Source of the DNA: the human T2T-CHM13v2.0 reference genome, Homo sapiens
Assembly (NCBI RefSeq): GCF_009914755.1
Contig: NC_060929.1
Direction: 5' to 3' (one strand)
DNA length: 64,000 nt
This document shows positions 48,685-62,449 of the stretch, in pieces. Both the position numbers and the translations under genes were made by a program. Below the pieces are notes generated by a model. The model saw only the letters and a list, made by a program, of their open reading frames with translations. It did no database searches and was not told the DNA's origin. Positions within the stretch are counted from its first letter, which is position 1; each line of letters starts with the position of its first letter.

Positions 48685-50604
48685 TTGTTTACTCAATTTC
48701 TTATTCTTTGTAGCAACATGTTTTATATGTTTGTGTGGTAGATAAAGTATGAAGTGCTTTATATTATTGTATAATTAATATTTTGAAGCTTCAAACTATC
48801 CTTATGAAGTAGTTTTTTTTTTAAGGCTAGCTCAAATCAGGGATAACCCCTTTCTTTGTGCCATGACTACATTTTCGTTCTTATAAAATTATCAATGAAA
48901 TGGAAGTTGCAGGACATCACATCCTAGGGAGAAATTTAAGAATTGTTCTATCACACCGTGTTAAATGTTATCACATCAGTTTCATCCCTCTGTTTGTAAA
49001 ATGTCTTATTTTTTGTCTCTATTTCTGAAGAGATGAAAACTTTTCAGATTTTGGGAGGTTGAACACAGAAGCTTTTAATGGAAATTAGATATTGTGATTT
49101 AAAAGGGGGAAATGTTCTGACCCCACTTTATAATATCTCTTAAAGCAAAAATAATAGACAGTTGTTTGTTCAATTATTAATATTTTCTTATTTGAGCTAG
49201 ATTCAATGGGCTGGTCACTCTTTGTTCTTTAGAAACTATGTAAAATAAGGATATAATACAGATTTGGCACATATGTTTCTCATTGAAACTTTGTATAATT
49301 ACATGTTCTTTTTGTTTCAATAATGTGGAATTTATCTTTTAAGAAAGTTGTACCTAGGTCTTGGAGGTGACTTAAGGAAAATATCTCACTGTTGAAAACT
49401 TTAGATTTCATATTTTTCCAAAAGAGAATGGAAGCCATAGAAACAGGGGCTTTAGTCCTAGAAAGAGAATTTGATGAAGTGTCTTCCAGACCTGGCAGGA
49501 ACTATTATCACCCACATTTAACAGGTGCTTGTAAATATTGCTTATTAATCATTTTTTCCTGCCCTGCCATCCTTTCTTCCTTTACCAGAAAAACAATAGC
49601 TTTAAATCAATTGTTCTTTCCTAAAGTGCCATCTTTCTATAACACCCATAAAATCCATATCAGCTCCACTTTACTGTTGTTGGCCTTATCCTCAGAGTCA
49701 CAACACTCAGTGCAATGAATGGCAAGAAAGCCCAACTTCCTAAGTTAGCACTAGTACTATGGGTAGAAATGTCATCAAACAGCTACTGGGTCAACCAGCA
49801 GGGGAACTCTGGGTTCTACCAGTTCCTCTAACTGAGGTATAGAGATGTAGTAAAAGCTCATATGGTTAGCAATTTAGGTGCAGCTATGTAACTCCTGTTA
49901 CTCTGCTCTTAAGCTTTCTCCTAAACTGCCAAGAGTTAATTTTTAATTAGTCCGGTCTTTGAAATTTTTATTTTGTGCCTACTCTGCGCTAGCTTCTTCA
50001 GGTAGGAAAATGGGGAAAGTAAATAATATTGAGTGTTTAACTTGGACTAGGGACTTTTTCTAAGTGTGGCAGCTGGGAAGTTGTCAACTAATCAGCAGTA
50101 AAACAATGTAGGTGACAGGAGAGAGTTACAGGATTCATGGGGATATAATGCAGGGTGTTTTCAGAGTGACCTTCGAAGAAAAGATGCCTCTAAAGAGCAT
50201 ATTGGAAAAATGTTACTGAGAAGCAGTCAAGCCTTTTGATAACATGAATTGGTGATGGACTGAGTAGAGTAATTTACTGACTTTCTTCATCAGTATTCCA
50301 AATCCGCAGAGGGAGAAAATAGAGGTTTCAACAGAGGCAAGGATAGGGCAGTTCTTGGCACCAAAGAAGAAGTAGTTGACTTACGAGGTTGCTATTCCTG
50401 CACACATGCCTACAGAAATGCAAGCAGACCATCTACAAAGCAAGTGGTCTGTGAAACTAACAGAATAAATGGATATTTTGTCTAAAATTTGTCGAGTCTT
50501 CCTGAGTTCTTACAATAGCTGACTATCCTTAAGTATTGGACTCTCAAGCAGACCATTTTGAAAGAGACCCCTTACCTTTTGTCAATTGGGAAAAAGATGT
50601 TCAT

Positions 50605-51060
50605 TGGGCTATCAGCAAGGGTTTCAAGTTGGAATAGATGGTACGTTAATATTAGCATAATTAAGGAGGGTTTTAAAAAGAGGTATATTTACAAGATATG
50701 GCCAAGGGTAGGTAAATCACAAGGGATTTGCAATACTCTAAAGCTAGTTCCCACCTCTATGACTAAAAGAACAAGAGAAAGGAGTTGCCACCGGAATCAC
50801 AAAAAGAGACTCATAGAGACAGGTCTACCTGGAGAAGAGTTATGACTTTCAGTTCTATCCCACAGAGAAGAACAAAAATGATTATCCCAACCTCACCTTC
50901 CTCTTTATATATTATCTTCTGCTGGGACTCTCTAAACCAAACCTGACTAGGAGCAAAGAGTAAGGGAGACCATTAACTCAGCCTTGTAGAGCAGAAAATG
51001 GGATGGAGAAGGGTGGAGAAAGGATATGAAGGGGCAAACAAAAGATATACAGTGCAAAAG
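50605..51060. mobile_element. Ancient LTR (LTR78/LTR79-like)
   Basis: aatagatggtac..ataattaaggagggtttt..tatttacaag..cacaagggat..ggagaagggtggaga..gaaggggcaaac pattern. Confidence 0.5.
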
Positions 51061-51539
51061 CAGGACCTCTGGAATATTGCTTGAATAGTCTTTATGTTTT
51101 TGTTTGCCACCTCAGGCAGTTTACTTGAAAGGAAGTGCTCAAGCAGACAGATTGAAATCAAAGACCCAAGAAACCTCCTTGGTTGGGTCACCTTTTTAGA
51201 GCTTCTTTTGGAAGGCTGGAACAATCCTGACTCAACTCAGCTGGTGAAGAGAGATGGTCAGTGTGCTGACCTGTATGGGGCCAAAAGGGATGAAATCAAG
51301 TCAACCTTTTTGAAGAAAAAACAGTTAACATTATTGTTATGCGAAAACCCTTTGTTCAAATGAAATCTCACCTCAAGCTTCAGGTCTTCACACATGAAGG
51401 TGCAGCTGCTCTGGATGAAGTGTCTGTGGAATGAAGGGGAAGGGGAATATGGAAGCCTCCAAGAACTCTTGAACTCTTGGGCTAGAGCTCTGATGGCACA
51501 GTTTTGGAATAGCTGGTCTTTTTTAAAGGCTCTTTTCAT

Positions 51540-51662
51540 GTACCGAGGGAAACCAAGACCTGGTGAGCAGAAGTGTATTGTCCACAGTCACCCAGGAAGC
51601 TAGTGGCCACTCTACTGCCAAAGCCAGGTCTCTTCACTCTTAGTCTCATTGTTCTTTCCATC
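51540..51662 (-). mobile_element. MIR fragment
   Basis: gagggaaaccaagacc..gtcacccaggaagctagtggc..ccaggtctcttcactcttagtc..tctttcca. Confidence 0.65.
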
Positions 51663-52252
51663 TTCTCCTGGTGGGTATCATAGCCTGGACTTTTTTTTCC
51701 TTAAATTGCAAATATTCTGTGTGCACAGGCTGTTTCCTCCAGAATATTCTTATGGTGCTGAGGCAGGAGAGCTGCCCATGCTATTTGCTCATAGACATCA
51801 AGGGTGCAAAAATCCCCTGCTTTCTTGAAGTTGTGGCACTCTATGTGGGTGGTTAATGTGGGCATGGCAGCCTTTGATGTGGTATCCTTTCAGTCTGATG
51901 TGGCTTATACTTGCCACATTTTTCCTCATAGTAATTCTCTTAATTGTGTTTTCCAAGTCCTGACTATGACATTAGCTATCATTTTGTCATCTTAATTTTT
52001 CAGATTTTGTCTTTCAGGAAGCTGCTTCTGCAATTTTCTGATGCTACTCCAGAGGGCTGGATGGAGCCCTGATAATGTAGGTGCACAGCCAGGCTCTGCC
52101 CACCCTAAGATTTAGTGGGTGGCCTCCTAAATGTAGTGGAGGTGGCTTCTCTGTATCCTCACACTTAGAAATAATTCTTTCAAAAATAAAACCTCTAAAG
52201 TTCAAACAAACCAAACTTTAAACAAACTGAGATATTTTTAGAGTGACACTTT

Positions 52253-52966
52253 TGTAGTAAATTCTTATAATTTTATATTGCATCGGCATCCATTTTGAAT
52301 ATAAGTTGAACTTCATACCAGAAGCAGGGCCTAGTGACTTTTGACAGTTTCCATTTCACCACCTTCTCCCAGTTTCTCCAGATGTCTGTTTTAGACAACT
52401 GCCTCCTTGTGACCACCCTCCATGGGACAGCTAGCTGCAACCTACTTGACTCGCTCCACTAACCCCTGTAACGCACATGGACTGTGCAGGTATGCCACAG
52501 TGGGCATCTCTGAGACACAGCGAGACCTCACAGAACTTGTGCCTGCTTGCTTTAAACCCACCAATTAGTGCTCCCCTTGGGAAACCTGCTTGGGTAGCAC
52601 TCTGAACCTCAATAAAGACTTTGGTCCACAGACTTCTCTTACTCTGTCTCTCTGACTGTCCACCCACTGGTGGAGTGTGCATGTCCCAGATAGCTTCCAC
52701 TTCCTGCTGGCTCTTCTCTCTGGGATCTGTAAGTAATAAACTGCTCCCGCTATTTCATGTGTTTTGTTGAATTGCTTCTTCTGTGTCTCAGCTGACTGAC
52801 ACACCAAACCCAACTTCTTTCCCCGTCAGGGCTCTCCTAGAGGATGGCTATCTTAGTAGAAGTAAACTAGACACAGATCAAATAACAGCCTCAGGGTGTC
52901 TGCCAGTATAATCAAGTTTCTTGTAAGAGAAACCTCAAGACCAAATTAGAGAAAAGAAATATAACA
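52253..52966 (+). mobile_element. ERVL-class solo LTR (MER54-like)
   Basis: tgtagtaaattcttataattttat..ggcatccattttgaatataag..ataccagaagcagggc; aataaa signals; TG...CA ends; perfect 5-bp TSD acttt (52248-52252, 52967-52971). Confidence 0.8.
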
Positions 52967-53639
52967 ACTTTATAAAAACTAAATTCTATGATACAATTAT
53001 TTATACTTTGTACCATCTTCAAGCCTCAAAAAGATTTTTATTGTTTAAAAAATATTTTATTTTTAAGATATACTTTATTAAGATAATAACTTAATAAGTA
53101 AAATATTTAAAAAGATAATTTCTTTGATTCAAAGTCTTTTATATTTTTGTGTCTGTAGTTGAAAAATAAAGCTAATAGGTTTCTTTCTTACCCATAGAAT
53201 CTCTCTCAGCATTGTATTAATCCAGCCAGGTCTCTGTGCAAAGATGACATAAAAAAGTCATTCCTGTGATGCCCTCCTTCTCTAACTTCTAAAAAGGGAA
53301 TCCTCCAGTGAATTTTAACTTCTTACTTTTTTTGTATTTCATCCTCTCTTCCCTAGGAAGAGAAATAAAGTGGCTAAGGTCATATTGCAGGTCATATTTC
53401 TAACGTTCTGCAATTCTGATGGTTCTTTGAAGAAAAGATCAGAGTGCTACTGAATATATAGCAGGAAGTCCTAACCTTCTTCAGAGGAAGCAAATTTTCA
53501 GGTGTGTCTTCAAAGACAAATAGGAGTTCTGTGGAAGATTGAAGAAGAGAGATGTATAGATGTGTAAAGAACAGTCCAGGTAGGGATCAGTATTTGTGAA
53601 GACACTTGTAAATCATCATAGAAAACAGTCACACATTCT

Positions 53640-53880
53640 CTCTGGTGCGGAACCAATTCCCTGGTTCTCAACATACTTTCTTCCTTTGGCCTCCCCCTTT
53701 CTTGCTTCCTTTATTCCTCTCTCTTCCTATTCCCATTTCTTCTGCAAGTTCCCGTTTCTCTGCTCACTTCTTAATGGCTGCTTATTCTCAGGGCTTTGTC
53801 CTTGGACCTATTTGTTCCTCAATTTAACTTGTAGATTTTGCTCTCCACTCCATGGATTTAATCACTATTTGCTAACTGTA
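53640..53880 (+). mobile_element. L2 internal fragment
   Basis: Pyrimidine-rich L2 body: tctcagggctttgtccttggacc..ccatggatttaatcactattt. Confidence 0.55.
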
Positions 53881-53937
53881 TATAGAGAGTTGGTTTTTTT
53901 TAGTATATAGATAATAATAATAATTAAATCCATAGTC

Positions 53938-53939
<2 letters not shown>

Positions 53940-53972
<33 letters not shown>

Positions 53973-54258
53973 TTTGAGACGGAGTCTCGCTTAGTCGCCC
54001 AGGCTGGAGTGCAGTGACGCGATCTTGGCTCACTGTAAGCTCTGCCTCCCGGGTTCATGCCATTCTTCTGCCTCAGCCTCCTGAGTAGCTGGGACTACAG
54101 GCACCTGCCACCACGCCTGGCTAATTTTTTTTGTATTTTTAGTAGAGACGGGGTTTCACCATGTTAGCCAGGATGGTCTCGATCTCCTGACCTTGTGATC
54201 CACCCATCTCAGCCTCCCAGAGTGCTGGAATTACAGGCGTGAGCCACCACACCCAGCC
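53940..54258 (-). mobile_element. AluY with (TTTA)n tail
   Basis: cactgtaagctctgcc, ttcatgccattc, gttagccaggatggtctcgatctcc; TSD aaatccatagtctt at 53926-53939 and 54259-54272. Confidence 0.94.
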
Positions 54259-54369
54259 AAATCCATAGTCTTCTAAGAATCATATCAAAGAAGTTTACTT
54301 TGTTGTCTGAAATCTTTTTTATCTTTTTGAAATGATATTATTGTAAATTTGTACACTGTGGTATTTTAC

Positions 54370-55960
54370 CCATTTATTTACTTTTTCAACAAATATTTTT
54401 TGAGTGCTAGATGTCCAACACTGTGGTAGGTGCCAAGGATATAATAGTACAAGGGGACAGGAGGTTGAATAGCAAAGGGCATCTGACAGGCAATTAGTCA
54501 AGATGAACTAAATTGTGTTCTGGTGAAAAGTACAAATCCCGAAGTTTCAGTGACTTAATGCAACAAGGGTTGATTTCTCATTCACGCTATAGTCTTACAA
54601 CTCCACCATCATAATCATAAAATCATTTGCTTTCAGCCACAAGAACAAGAGAGAGACCATGGAGAATTCCCACCTAGTTGTCACTACTTCAGATAAGGGT
54701 GATGTCATCGCTGCCAGGCAGCAGAGCACAGCTAGTCACAAAGCCCTATCCTTCAGCAAGAGAGGCTGGAAAAATGTGGAGGAGACATGGGGTGGCACCA
54801 CTGTCTAGCCCACATCCAGTGCAGGGATCAGGAGCTACTTCTCTGAGAAAGAGGTATTTATTTTAAGCTAAGACATTAAGTAAGAGTGAGGCTAGCTGAC
54901 TAAGGAACATGTGGAAAAGCATTTCAGGCAGAGGGAACTGCATGGGGAGACTGTGAGGGGAGAGAGACTGGCACATTTGAGGGATTGCAAGATGACCAGT
55001 GTGGCTTAATGGGTGGGGAAAACTCAGGTTAGAATATGGGCAGAAGCCAGATTGTTCAGGACCAGGTCAGGCAGGGAATGTTAAAGATTTTTGGTTGTCT
55101 ATACTAAATGTATAGAAATTCACTTAGAAATTTTAAGCAAGGGCATGACATTGAGCCCTTTGTGTTTTAAATGATTACTCTGACTATAAAGTGAAGAATT
55201 TATTGGAGAAGATATAAATAGGTCTGGGAGACCAGTTAGGAGGTTTTTGGAAATCCAGGAGAGAGGTGATGGCAGCTGGGATAAACAAAGGAACAATGAA
55301 AGTGGAGAGAAATAGATGTGTTTGAATAATTTAGGAAATAGAACTAACAGACAAGGGAGGGATTGGATATGGAGGGTGTAGGAATCAGGGTATTGATAAC
55401 ACGATTTTTCCTGGAAGAGCAACTCCTGAGCTAGGAAATAGGAAGCACAACAAGTAGGTTTGTTCAGCGTAGGGGTGAGCAGTGGGGGAGTGAGCAATCA
55501 TGTATTTAGTCTTAGAGCAAGAACTGGGGTTGCTTGTTCGATATCTAAATGGAGATGTTGATGAGTGAGTTAGATATATTTTATGGAGCTTCAAATAAAA
55601 GCCTGGACTGGAATGATACATTGTAACTCCTTGATTTATAGATAGTAATTGAAACCATAGAAGGGACTGGGAGTGCCTCAAGTAGAAGAAAAGACAGCTC
55701 ACCACAGATCCTGAGAAAAAGAGGGAGAGGTTAGGAAGAGTTGGAGAAGTGAGCAAAAGATTGGGAGAAATAACTAGAGAGGGAAAAGGAAAACCCAAAG
55801 AGTGTAAGGTCATGCTGGAGAAGGGTCTTCCCTTATGCTTCGAATAAGGATTTTTTTGGTGAAGTTTGATGAGGCATCAAGTAAGATGAGGGCAGAAAAT
55901 GTCATTAGATCAGGCCCATGAAGGTTTTCAATGACCTGAACAGAACAAGAGTAGCTTTGG
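54370..55960 (-). mobile_element. L2, interrupted by an MLT1-type LTR
   Basis: ttcaacaaatattttttgagtgcta.., atttcaggcagagggaactgcatg, ttttaagcaagggcatgacat, gggagaccagttaggagg, atccaggagagaggtgatgg. Confidence 0.8.
54492..54812. mobile_element. MLT1-type (ERVL-MaLR) LTR fragment
   Basis: attagtcaagatgaactaa..aaatcccgaagtttcagtgacttaatgcaacaagggttgatttctcattcac..ggctggaaaatgt. Confidence 0.6.
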
Positions 55961-58639
55961 TAGACAACTCTGTTATCGACTTTGAAGTTAACTTTCAGCT
56001 GTGTTTGGTTTAATTGCTCTGAGTAACTTCTCTAACAACTGGATTTTGTTAAAAAAAAAAAACAAACTAAATGTTTTAAAAAGTTTTCTATAGAGCAGAA
56101 CACTGACTAACAGAATGGAAATTTAACTGTTTCAGCACACAGCAGACTGGTACAACTGATATAGGTTTTCAAAGTTGAATTTGGTGAACAACATTTTTTT
56201 TTAAAGTTTAAAGATCAGTATGCCATTGGAACAACTGTGATATAAAAGTGGAACTGTGTATCTTCTTAGTATGTTTTCATTGGTGCTAAACAATTATTTC
56301 CAGTTTGCTTTTTATTCAAAATTAGAAAGTACAGAAAACCAGAGAGGCTAGAGCTATAGAAATTATCCAGGGGATGATTTAGAGAAATGGTTCTGTGAGG
56401 GAAAATTAATGATGCTGTCTAGCCTGTGAGAGAAAATGAGAAGGAGCACCCCATAATCTTTTAGTCAGGACTATAAGGAGGTACAGAGATAATGCTGACT
56501 AGTGGCTCTTCATATCATGGAGGGCCAAAGGGAAAGAATTGGGCTAGAATTTCTGTAAGAGATCAATGATTTGATAATAAGAGCCTTTTGAATGTAAATG
56601 ATTAAAAAGCTGTAGAAGGTTATGAAGAGAAGTGGGAGATTTCCTATCTTACAACATACGTAGCAAAAGAGTTGGCAGTCATTTGGGATTCTGTCATTCT
56701 TAATGGGGTTTTCTGGGAATGGGAAGCCATCACACATCTTTCAGGGACCTCGCTGATAAGAGAAATAAGCCAGTGAGGCCCCTGAAAAGGGCAGCTGAGT
56801 GTTCCCCACCTTTTCCTCATAGCATTCCTCAGCCATGCCCTTATGATGTTTAAAGAACCAGAAGGACTTCCTGGTCTACTCTAAAACCTTTGGGAGGTCT
56901 GGGATTTGGCTGCTTTTGAGGCTTTACTTGTGTCCTATTTAGTGAAGTTAGTTAAAGATACACTGAATTGTATTAGGACCTTATCTTAAAAACCAACATA
57001 TTTCCTTCTGTAAGAACCTCCCTAGTATACCCTGCTAATATACCTACCCTCCTTAATATCTTCAACTTTTCAAGCACTTTTGAGTGACCACTTCCCTTTA
57101 CTATGCAAATAACAGTAATTTGAGCCTGCAGCTCATGTAAGCCTGGGAAATCTACTCCTGTTTCAATGATTTCTGAAGATCCCAGGGAATGCTCACATGT
57201 CTTCGTGCTTTGCTGGTTGCACCTCCCTTTGAACGACTGTGCTGAATGGGGCTCCTCTTGCCGTTTCTTTGGCTGCCTCCAGAAACCACCTCCATGTTAT
57301 TGAGCTGCTTCCCTGCTGCCCTTCATGCTATGTATGGATACAGACCTTCCTTTAAATGTTACCCACTCAATGGACACAAAGTATTTTAAGCAGACTTTAG
57401 TAAGTTTTAGTGCAGCAAGGAGGAGAGGGACAGGTGACTTACACTGCAGAAAAAGAAAACAAACCTGGTTATAAACATTGCTTCTGAAGTCTATACATGC
57501 ACAACATATGGGCCTCCTACTGACTCTTTCCTTCTTGACTCTGGCCTGCCACCATATTGCTGGAGGTCATTGATCTTCCCAGAATCCCCTTTCTCATTTC
57601 CACTTTCCTGAGTCAGGGCCCCAACCCTTTTCCTCACCACTTTTATGAGAACCAATAAACTTTTCACATTATTTTTGCAGAGTAATTTAAGTTTAGGCAC
57701 TTGTTGACTTGACTCAATGCATAGCATGTGCTTTCTTTGCACAATGGCAAACAATTTTCTTTGCAAAGTTGAAGCACATTCAAGTTCTTTGTTTCGTATT
57801 TTTCATCAATAGGGCTCTGGCCTTTAAAATGACCTTATAATTTTGAGATGATAAGTCATTCTTACAGGCTTCTAAGGTCCCAAACAAAATTATTAAGCAT
57901 ATGCATGGTCAAAGTACTTGAACTTTCCTTTCCCAGAGTCTGTTGCTGCCAATTTCAGATAGTGGAAAATTTGTCTCTAAGAAAATATATGTGTGTGTGT
58001 GAACTCCCAGGGTTTAAATAAAGTCTATCCCCTTTACATTGATAGTCTCAATATTGCATAATTTACCTTATAGTGGTACTTAGCAGAGGAGAATATGCAG
58101 ACAGAAGCAAATTCATAGAAAGAATTTCTAGAAGAACTTGGGGAGAGGTTAAAGGGAGTGAACTTCACTCCCAATCTGCAACATCCATCAATCCTCAAGT
58201 CCTGTTAATGTTGCCTCTTTAATGTCTATCTGTTCTGCAGTTACCTGCTTAAAGTCAGTATGTGCTAGTTTTGTATTCCTAGCTCCTAACAAAGACTGAT
58301 AAATAGAAGGTACTCCTCCAAAGGTTGTTGCATGACTGCATGGATGGAGGAATAAATGAGAAGGAACTAGTGATGCTGGAAATGTGAAGGTAGAATCCTA
58401 GGCAGGCAGGACCAGAGGAGTTGCCTTTTCCTCAGCAGAAAGCTGGAAGAGAGAAAGGAAAGTAAGTGTAGGGTCAAAAGAACATGATAAGATTGAAAAA
58501 GGTAAAATACAAAGCCTGTAATAGATTTTTACAGATCAGTTAGGCAGAGAAGGGGAAGTGTGACTTAAGTTGCTGTGTAAAGATAGAAGGTTTTTATTTA
58601 TTTACAAGCTAATTTGAGCCATTGGCAGGGTGAGGGAAT

Positions 58640-58893
58640 AAATAATAATCAGCACCATTGTTTATTAGACACTCACTTGTACCTAATTTAATACTAAGTG
58701 TGTCATGACCATGTTATTTAGTTTTTATATCAACTCTATATAGGTAGATTTATTTATCTTCATTTTATAATCAGAGAAATTGAGTCTTGGAGAAATTAAT
58801 TAACTTGCCCAGGATTGCATGTAAAGTAAGGAGTCGGGATTTGAACTCAGATCTGTCTGACTCTAGATACTGACTCTTAGCCTCTGTGCTACT
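58640..58893 (-). mobile_element. MIR (near full length)
   Basis: cattttataatcagagaaattgag..taacttgcccagg..gggatttgaactcagatctgtctgactc. Confidence 0.8.
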
Positions 58894-61049
58894 GTTGCAT
58901 ATAAATACTGATAATACATTGTATCTCCTTCATCTTAGTGTGGCTTGATTCTCATGTTTAGAAGGAGGAAACAGCAGGAAGGCAGGAGTGTAAGTTTAAA
59001 GAAAAATAAAAAATGCAGGAAGGACGGACTCTAGGCAGCCTCCACTTACTTCACAACTTTACCTAGAGTTGCTTTAATTATTCTGAGGAATAAGCTAAGT
59101 TTTAAAATGCTAACTGACACTAGGTAAACATTTAATTTTCTCCCAAATCTGTTTTGTAGTTGAAGGAGCTCTGGCTCTGAGAACAAACTAGTACTTTGTA
59201 TAGATTTACAAAGCTAATACCTTAAAACTGGAGTCAACCCCAGACCTGTCAATCTCAAGACCATACTCTTGCCATAACTCCATAGCAACCCTTTGTGCAA
59301 TAGCAAGCATTCATCATAGGTAGATTAATAATATTTTATAGTAAAAGAATCACATAGAGCTCAGGTAACTCAAATACTTCACTTGGTATTAAGAAAATGG
59401 GGTTTTAAAGAAGCAAATTGATGTGGCAGTGATCATACCAGTGGTCAGTGAAAACACTGCTTTTTGCTCAGCTTTCCTGGCTTTCATAATCTTTTTGCCA
59501 CTAGAATTAACTGTCTTTTTAAATCTTAGATGCATTCTTTGACCAAGGTTAGATCCATATGTGTATACCAACAGAGCATGAGGGTGAGTCTGCTGTTTTC
59601 TTTGGGCAGCTCTCTTTTAGGGAAAGCGCTTCACAAATGTCTGTGCCTCGGGCTCTGATCCATTTTCTTTGGTGGTGCCCAGGTATGTAGAATTAGATAT
59701 TAGTACTTGCTTGTTGGCTCTCTGTTAAAGCTTTTGAATGAAGTCTGCCTGTTAATTGTTTAAAAATGGGGCTAATTATTCTTCTTTCTGCAGCCACAGA
59801 CTTCACAATGATGGTGTAATTGCATTCAAATATTGGACATGCACTATGTACTAAATATTTGAATTCACCGAAGCAAAGTGTGTGTCCCTGGGATAACGAA
59901 TATCTTCTGAATTGTAAAATTCAGGGGTTTTATAAAGCAAAAGGAACACTGATGAAATTAAACTAACTTGGGAACAATAGGCTGCTTTTCAAGGTTAGTC
60001 TTCTGTGTCTAAATTATATATGTATTATTGTTCCTCACTTGCATGACCAATTATAGGGAAGTTCCTTATTGTGAGATGCGATAATTTTATATAATTGCAG
60101 CAGCTTCAGCAGTTTTGAAGGAGGTTTCCCTGGCAAAACATAGTCTCAGGGAAAACAAATTATGTTGATTTACTAGCAATTCTGCAAATGGGTTGTCTGG
60201 GGGAATCGGGGGAGTCTTTTTATGAAGCACAAAGAAACTGCTCACTATTTGACATTTTAAATTGCTTGCTCAGAATATGCAAAACTGCAGACATCTAATT
60301 GCATGTTGTCTCCTCTGAGGAGCCACTATTTTTATTTGGAGACTGTGTGATGATTAAGGGGGAGAAATGATATTCATTTTCCCAAGTCACAGAGGTCAGG
60401 GCAGGGGCTATAACATCCAGGAAAAAGCAAAGCACAGCAAATCGGTAGTGAATTCCTATTTAAAACTGCTCTAGTAGCTCCACGTTTTACTGAAATTAGA
60501 TTATTTGAATGTTGTCACCACATGAGCAGCATGAGAAGGGAAGGCACTTGCCAACCTAAAAATGACAATGGCATTTCTCAGATGGCCAGTTGTGATGAGT
60601 CCCTGAAGCAGACCAGGGAGCTGCTCTCTTGACAAGTCACCTACATACTGTAGATGCCCACAGGAAGATGCAGAATGGCTAGGTCTTGTGGCTCCCAAGG
60701 ATAAGAATGCTGTTTGTGCTAAAAATAAAAACGGAGGTATAAGGATGCGGGGCCATTGCGCGCGCTCTCTCTCTCTCTAACTAAATCTTTGAGAAAACTT
60801 GACTTTCTTCTGGGAATTTCTGAGCTGGGATTGTGGAGTACTTGTCATAAATTTGTGCTTTCTTTATTTCTTTAAACATAAACATGGCCAGGCTTTTTTT
60901 TTCTTTCTCTTTGCACTAAATGTTTTAAACTCTTTATGTGTGTCACTTATGTGGAACTTATGATACTTGCTGTTTTATCATACTTTTGTTTTATGCCAGG
61001 TTGCCAGGTGAGAAAATTATAGAAAGTAGAGTCATCATTTGAAATATCT

Positions 61050-61127
61050 TACATCTCCTGTCTTGCCTAGCATGGTGGTGCTTTTCATGCAGAAAGTTCG
61101 CAATAAACGTTGCTAAATGAATAAACA
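61050..61127 (+). mobile_element. L2 3' terminal fragment
   Basis: tgcctagcatggtg..caataaacgttgctaaatgaataaa. Confidence 0.55.
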
Positions 61128-61789
61128 GATACATCTTGGACAACCTCTGGACTTTTTCTCCCCAGATGTTTCCCAGTGCCTATAGCATGTGTCGGGGGCA
61201 TAAGCTCACAATTTCACTTCCTCCTAGATGTATTGGGTGATGGGCATGGAGACCTCTGCTTTGTTCCTTCCATCTCCTTACTGGTTTCTTCTCCCAGGAC
61301 TTACAAAGTGAAGAGAAATGTCAAGGCTGTCTTCCAGACCTGGGGCTGTGTGCACAAAATTTTCTTATTTTTAAGTTCAGAAACTCAGTAAGAATTTTTT
61401 TTTTTCACTGCTCAGACAGTATAAACTATGTGTATTATATCTTTGGTGAGTTTTCTTAATGGGAAATGTAACTGCCCTCAGTTTCAAAGAATTAGGCCCC
61501 TTTTTCATGACCCTTTATTTATTTATTTTTTTCACAAGAGTCTTGCTAGAACAATGAACTGTCTTTAGTTTTTCTGGAACTAATATTACTCTTTACCCCT
61601 AAAATTTTAAATATAGTGTGGCCATCATTGTTTTTGGCAATCTCCCATGAGATAGATTTAAGGCTAATATTCAGAATGCCAATTTTCATTCATTTTTATT
61701 CTTAAGAAAATAGTCTTATATTTATAAATGAATCTTGTAATGAAATCACAACACTCTCAAATTCTACATGCAATCTGTGTGTACTCCTA

Positions 61790-61897
61790 TTTGAGATCAG
61801 AGTCATTTTTACTTTAAATTCTAAAACAGAATTTTACTAAGTTTATGATAGTGCAGAAAGATCTCAATAAACATTGCTAAATGAATAAATGGATGTA
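61790..61897 (+). mobile_element. L2 3' terminal fragment
   Basis: tgagatcagag..ctcaataaacattgctaaatgaataaatgga. Confidence 0.55.
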
Positions 61898-62449
61898 TTT
61901 ATTGATTTCGATGTAGGAATAACTTGAACAATAGGCTATAGAGGTAGAGCTGAAGATCAGGCTGGGTAAACCTGCCACCAAAAAGAGGGAAATGAAGATA
62001 AAAGCTTAGGAAAGAAGAGAACTGAGGACTGAATAGAGAACAGGAGGTAGGATGATTATTTGTGGTAACTGATTCAGGCTGTGTGCTTAGGACAAATCAG
62101 GAATTTGCAGCAAGCGTAGGGTGTGTGATCTGAGAAAGGGGAGAAATTAGTTTGCCTATGTTAGATAACTCCTGAAGCATGCAGTTCCAATGGAACCTGG
62201 CATCCTGTCAGGTACATGGGTGTTAAAAATGGTCCAGAGTCATTGAAACTCTTCATTTTCCAAACATAAGCAACGGCTGAACACACTCTATTCTAATAAT
62301 TTTATAAACTAAAGCACATAGAACTCCCCGAAAATAAATATTCATCCTTGAAGATGAGCTCATGTTTAAAAATTACAAATTACATAAGTGAGATCTAGCA
62401 GATGCAACAAATGGAATAATTAGTATTTTAAGATCTAAACATTTTTCCA

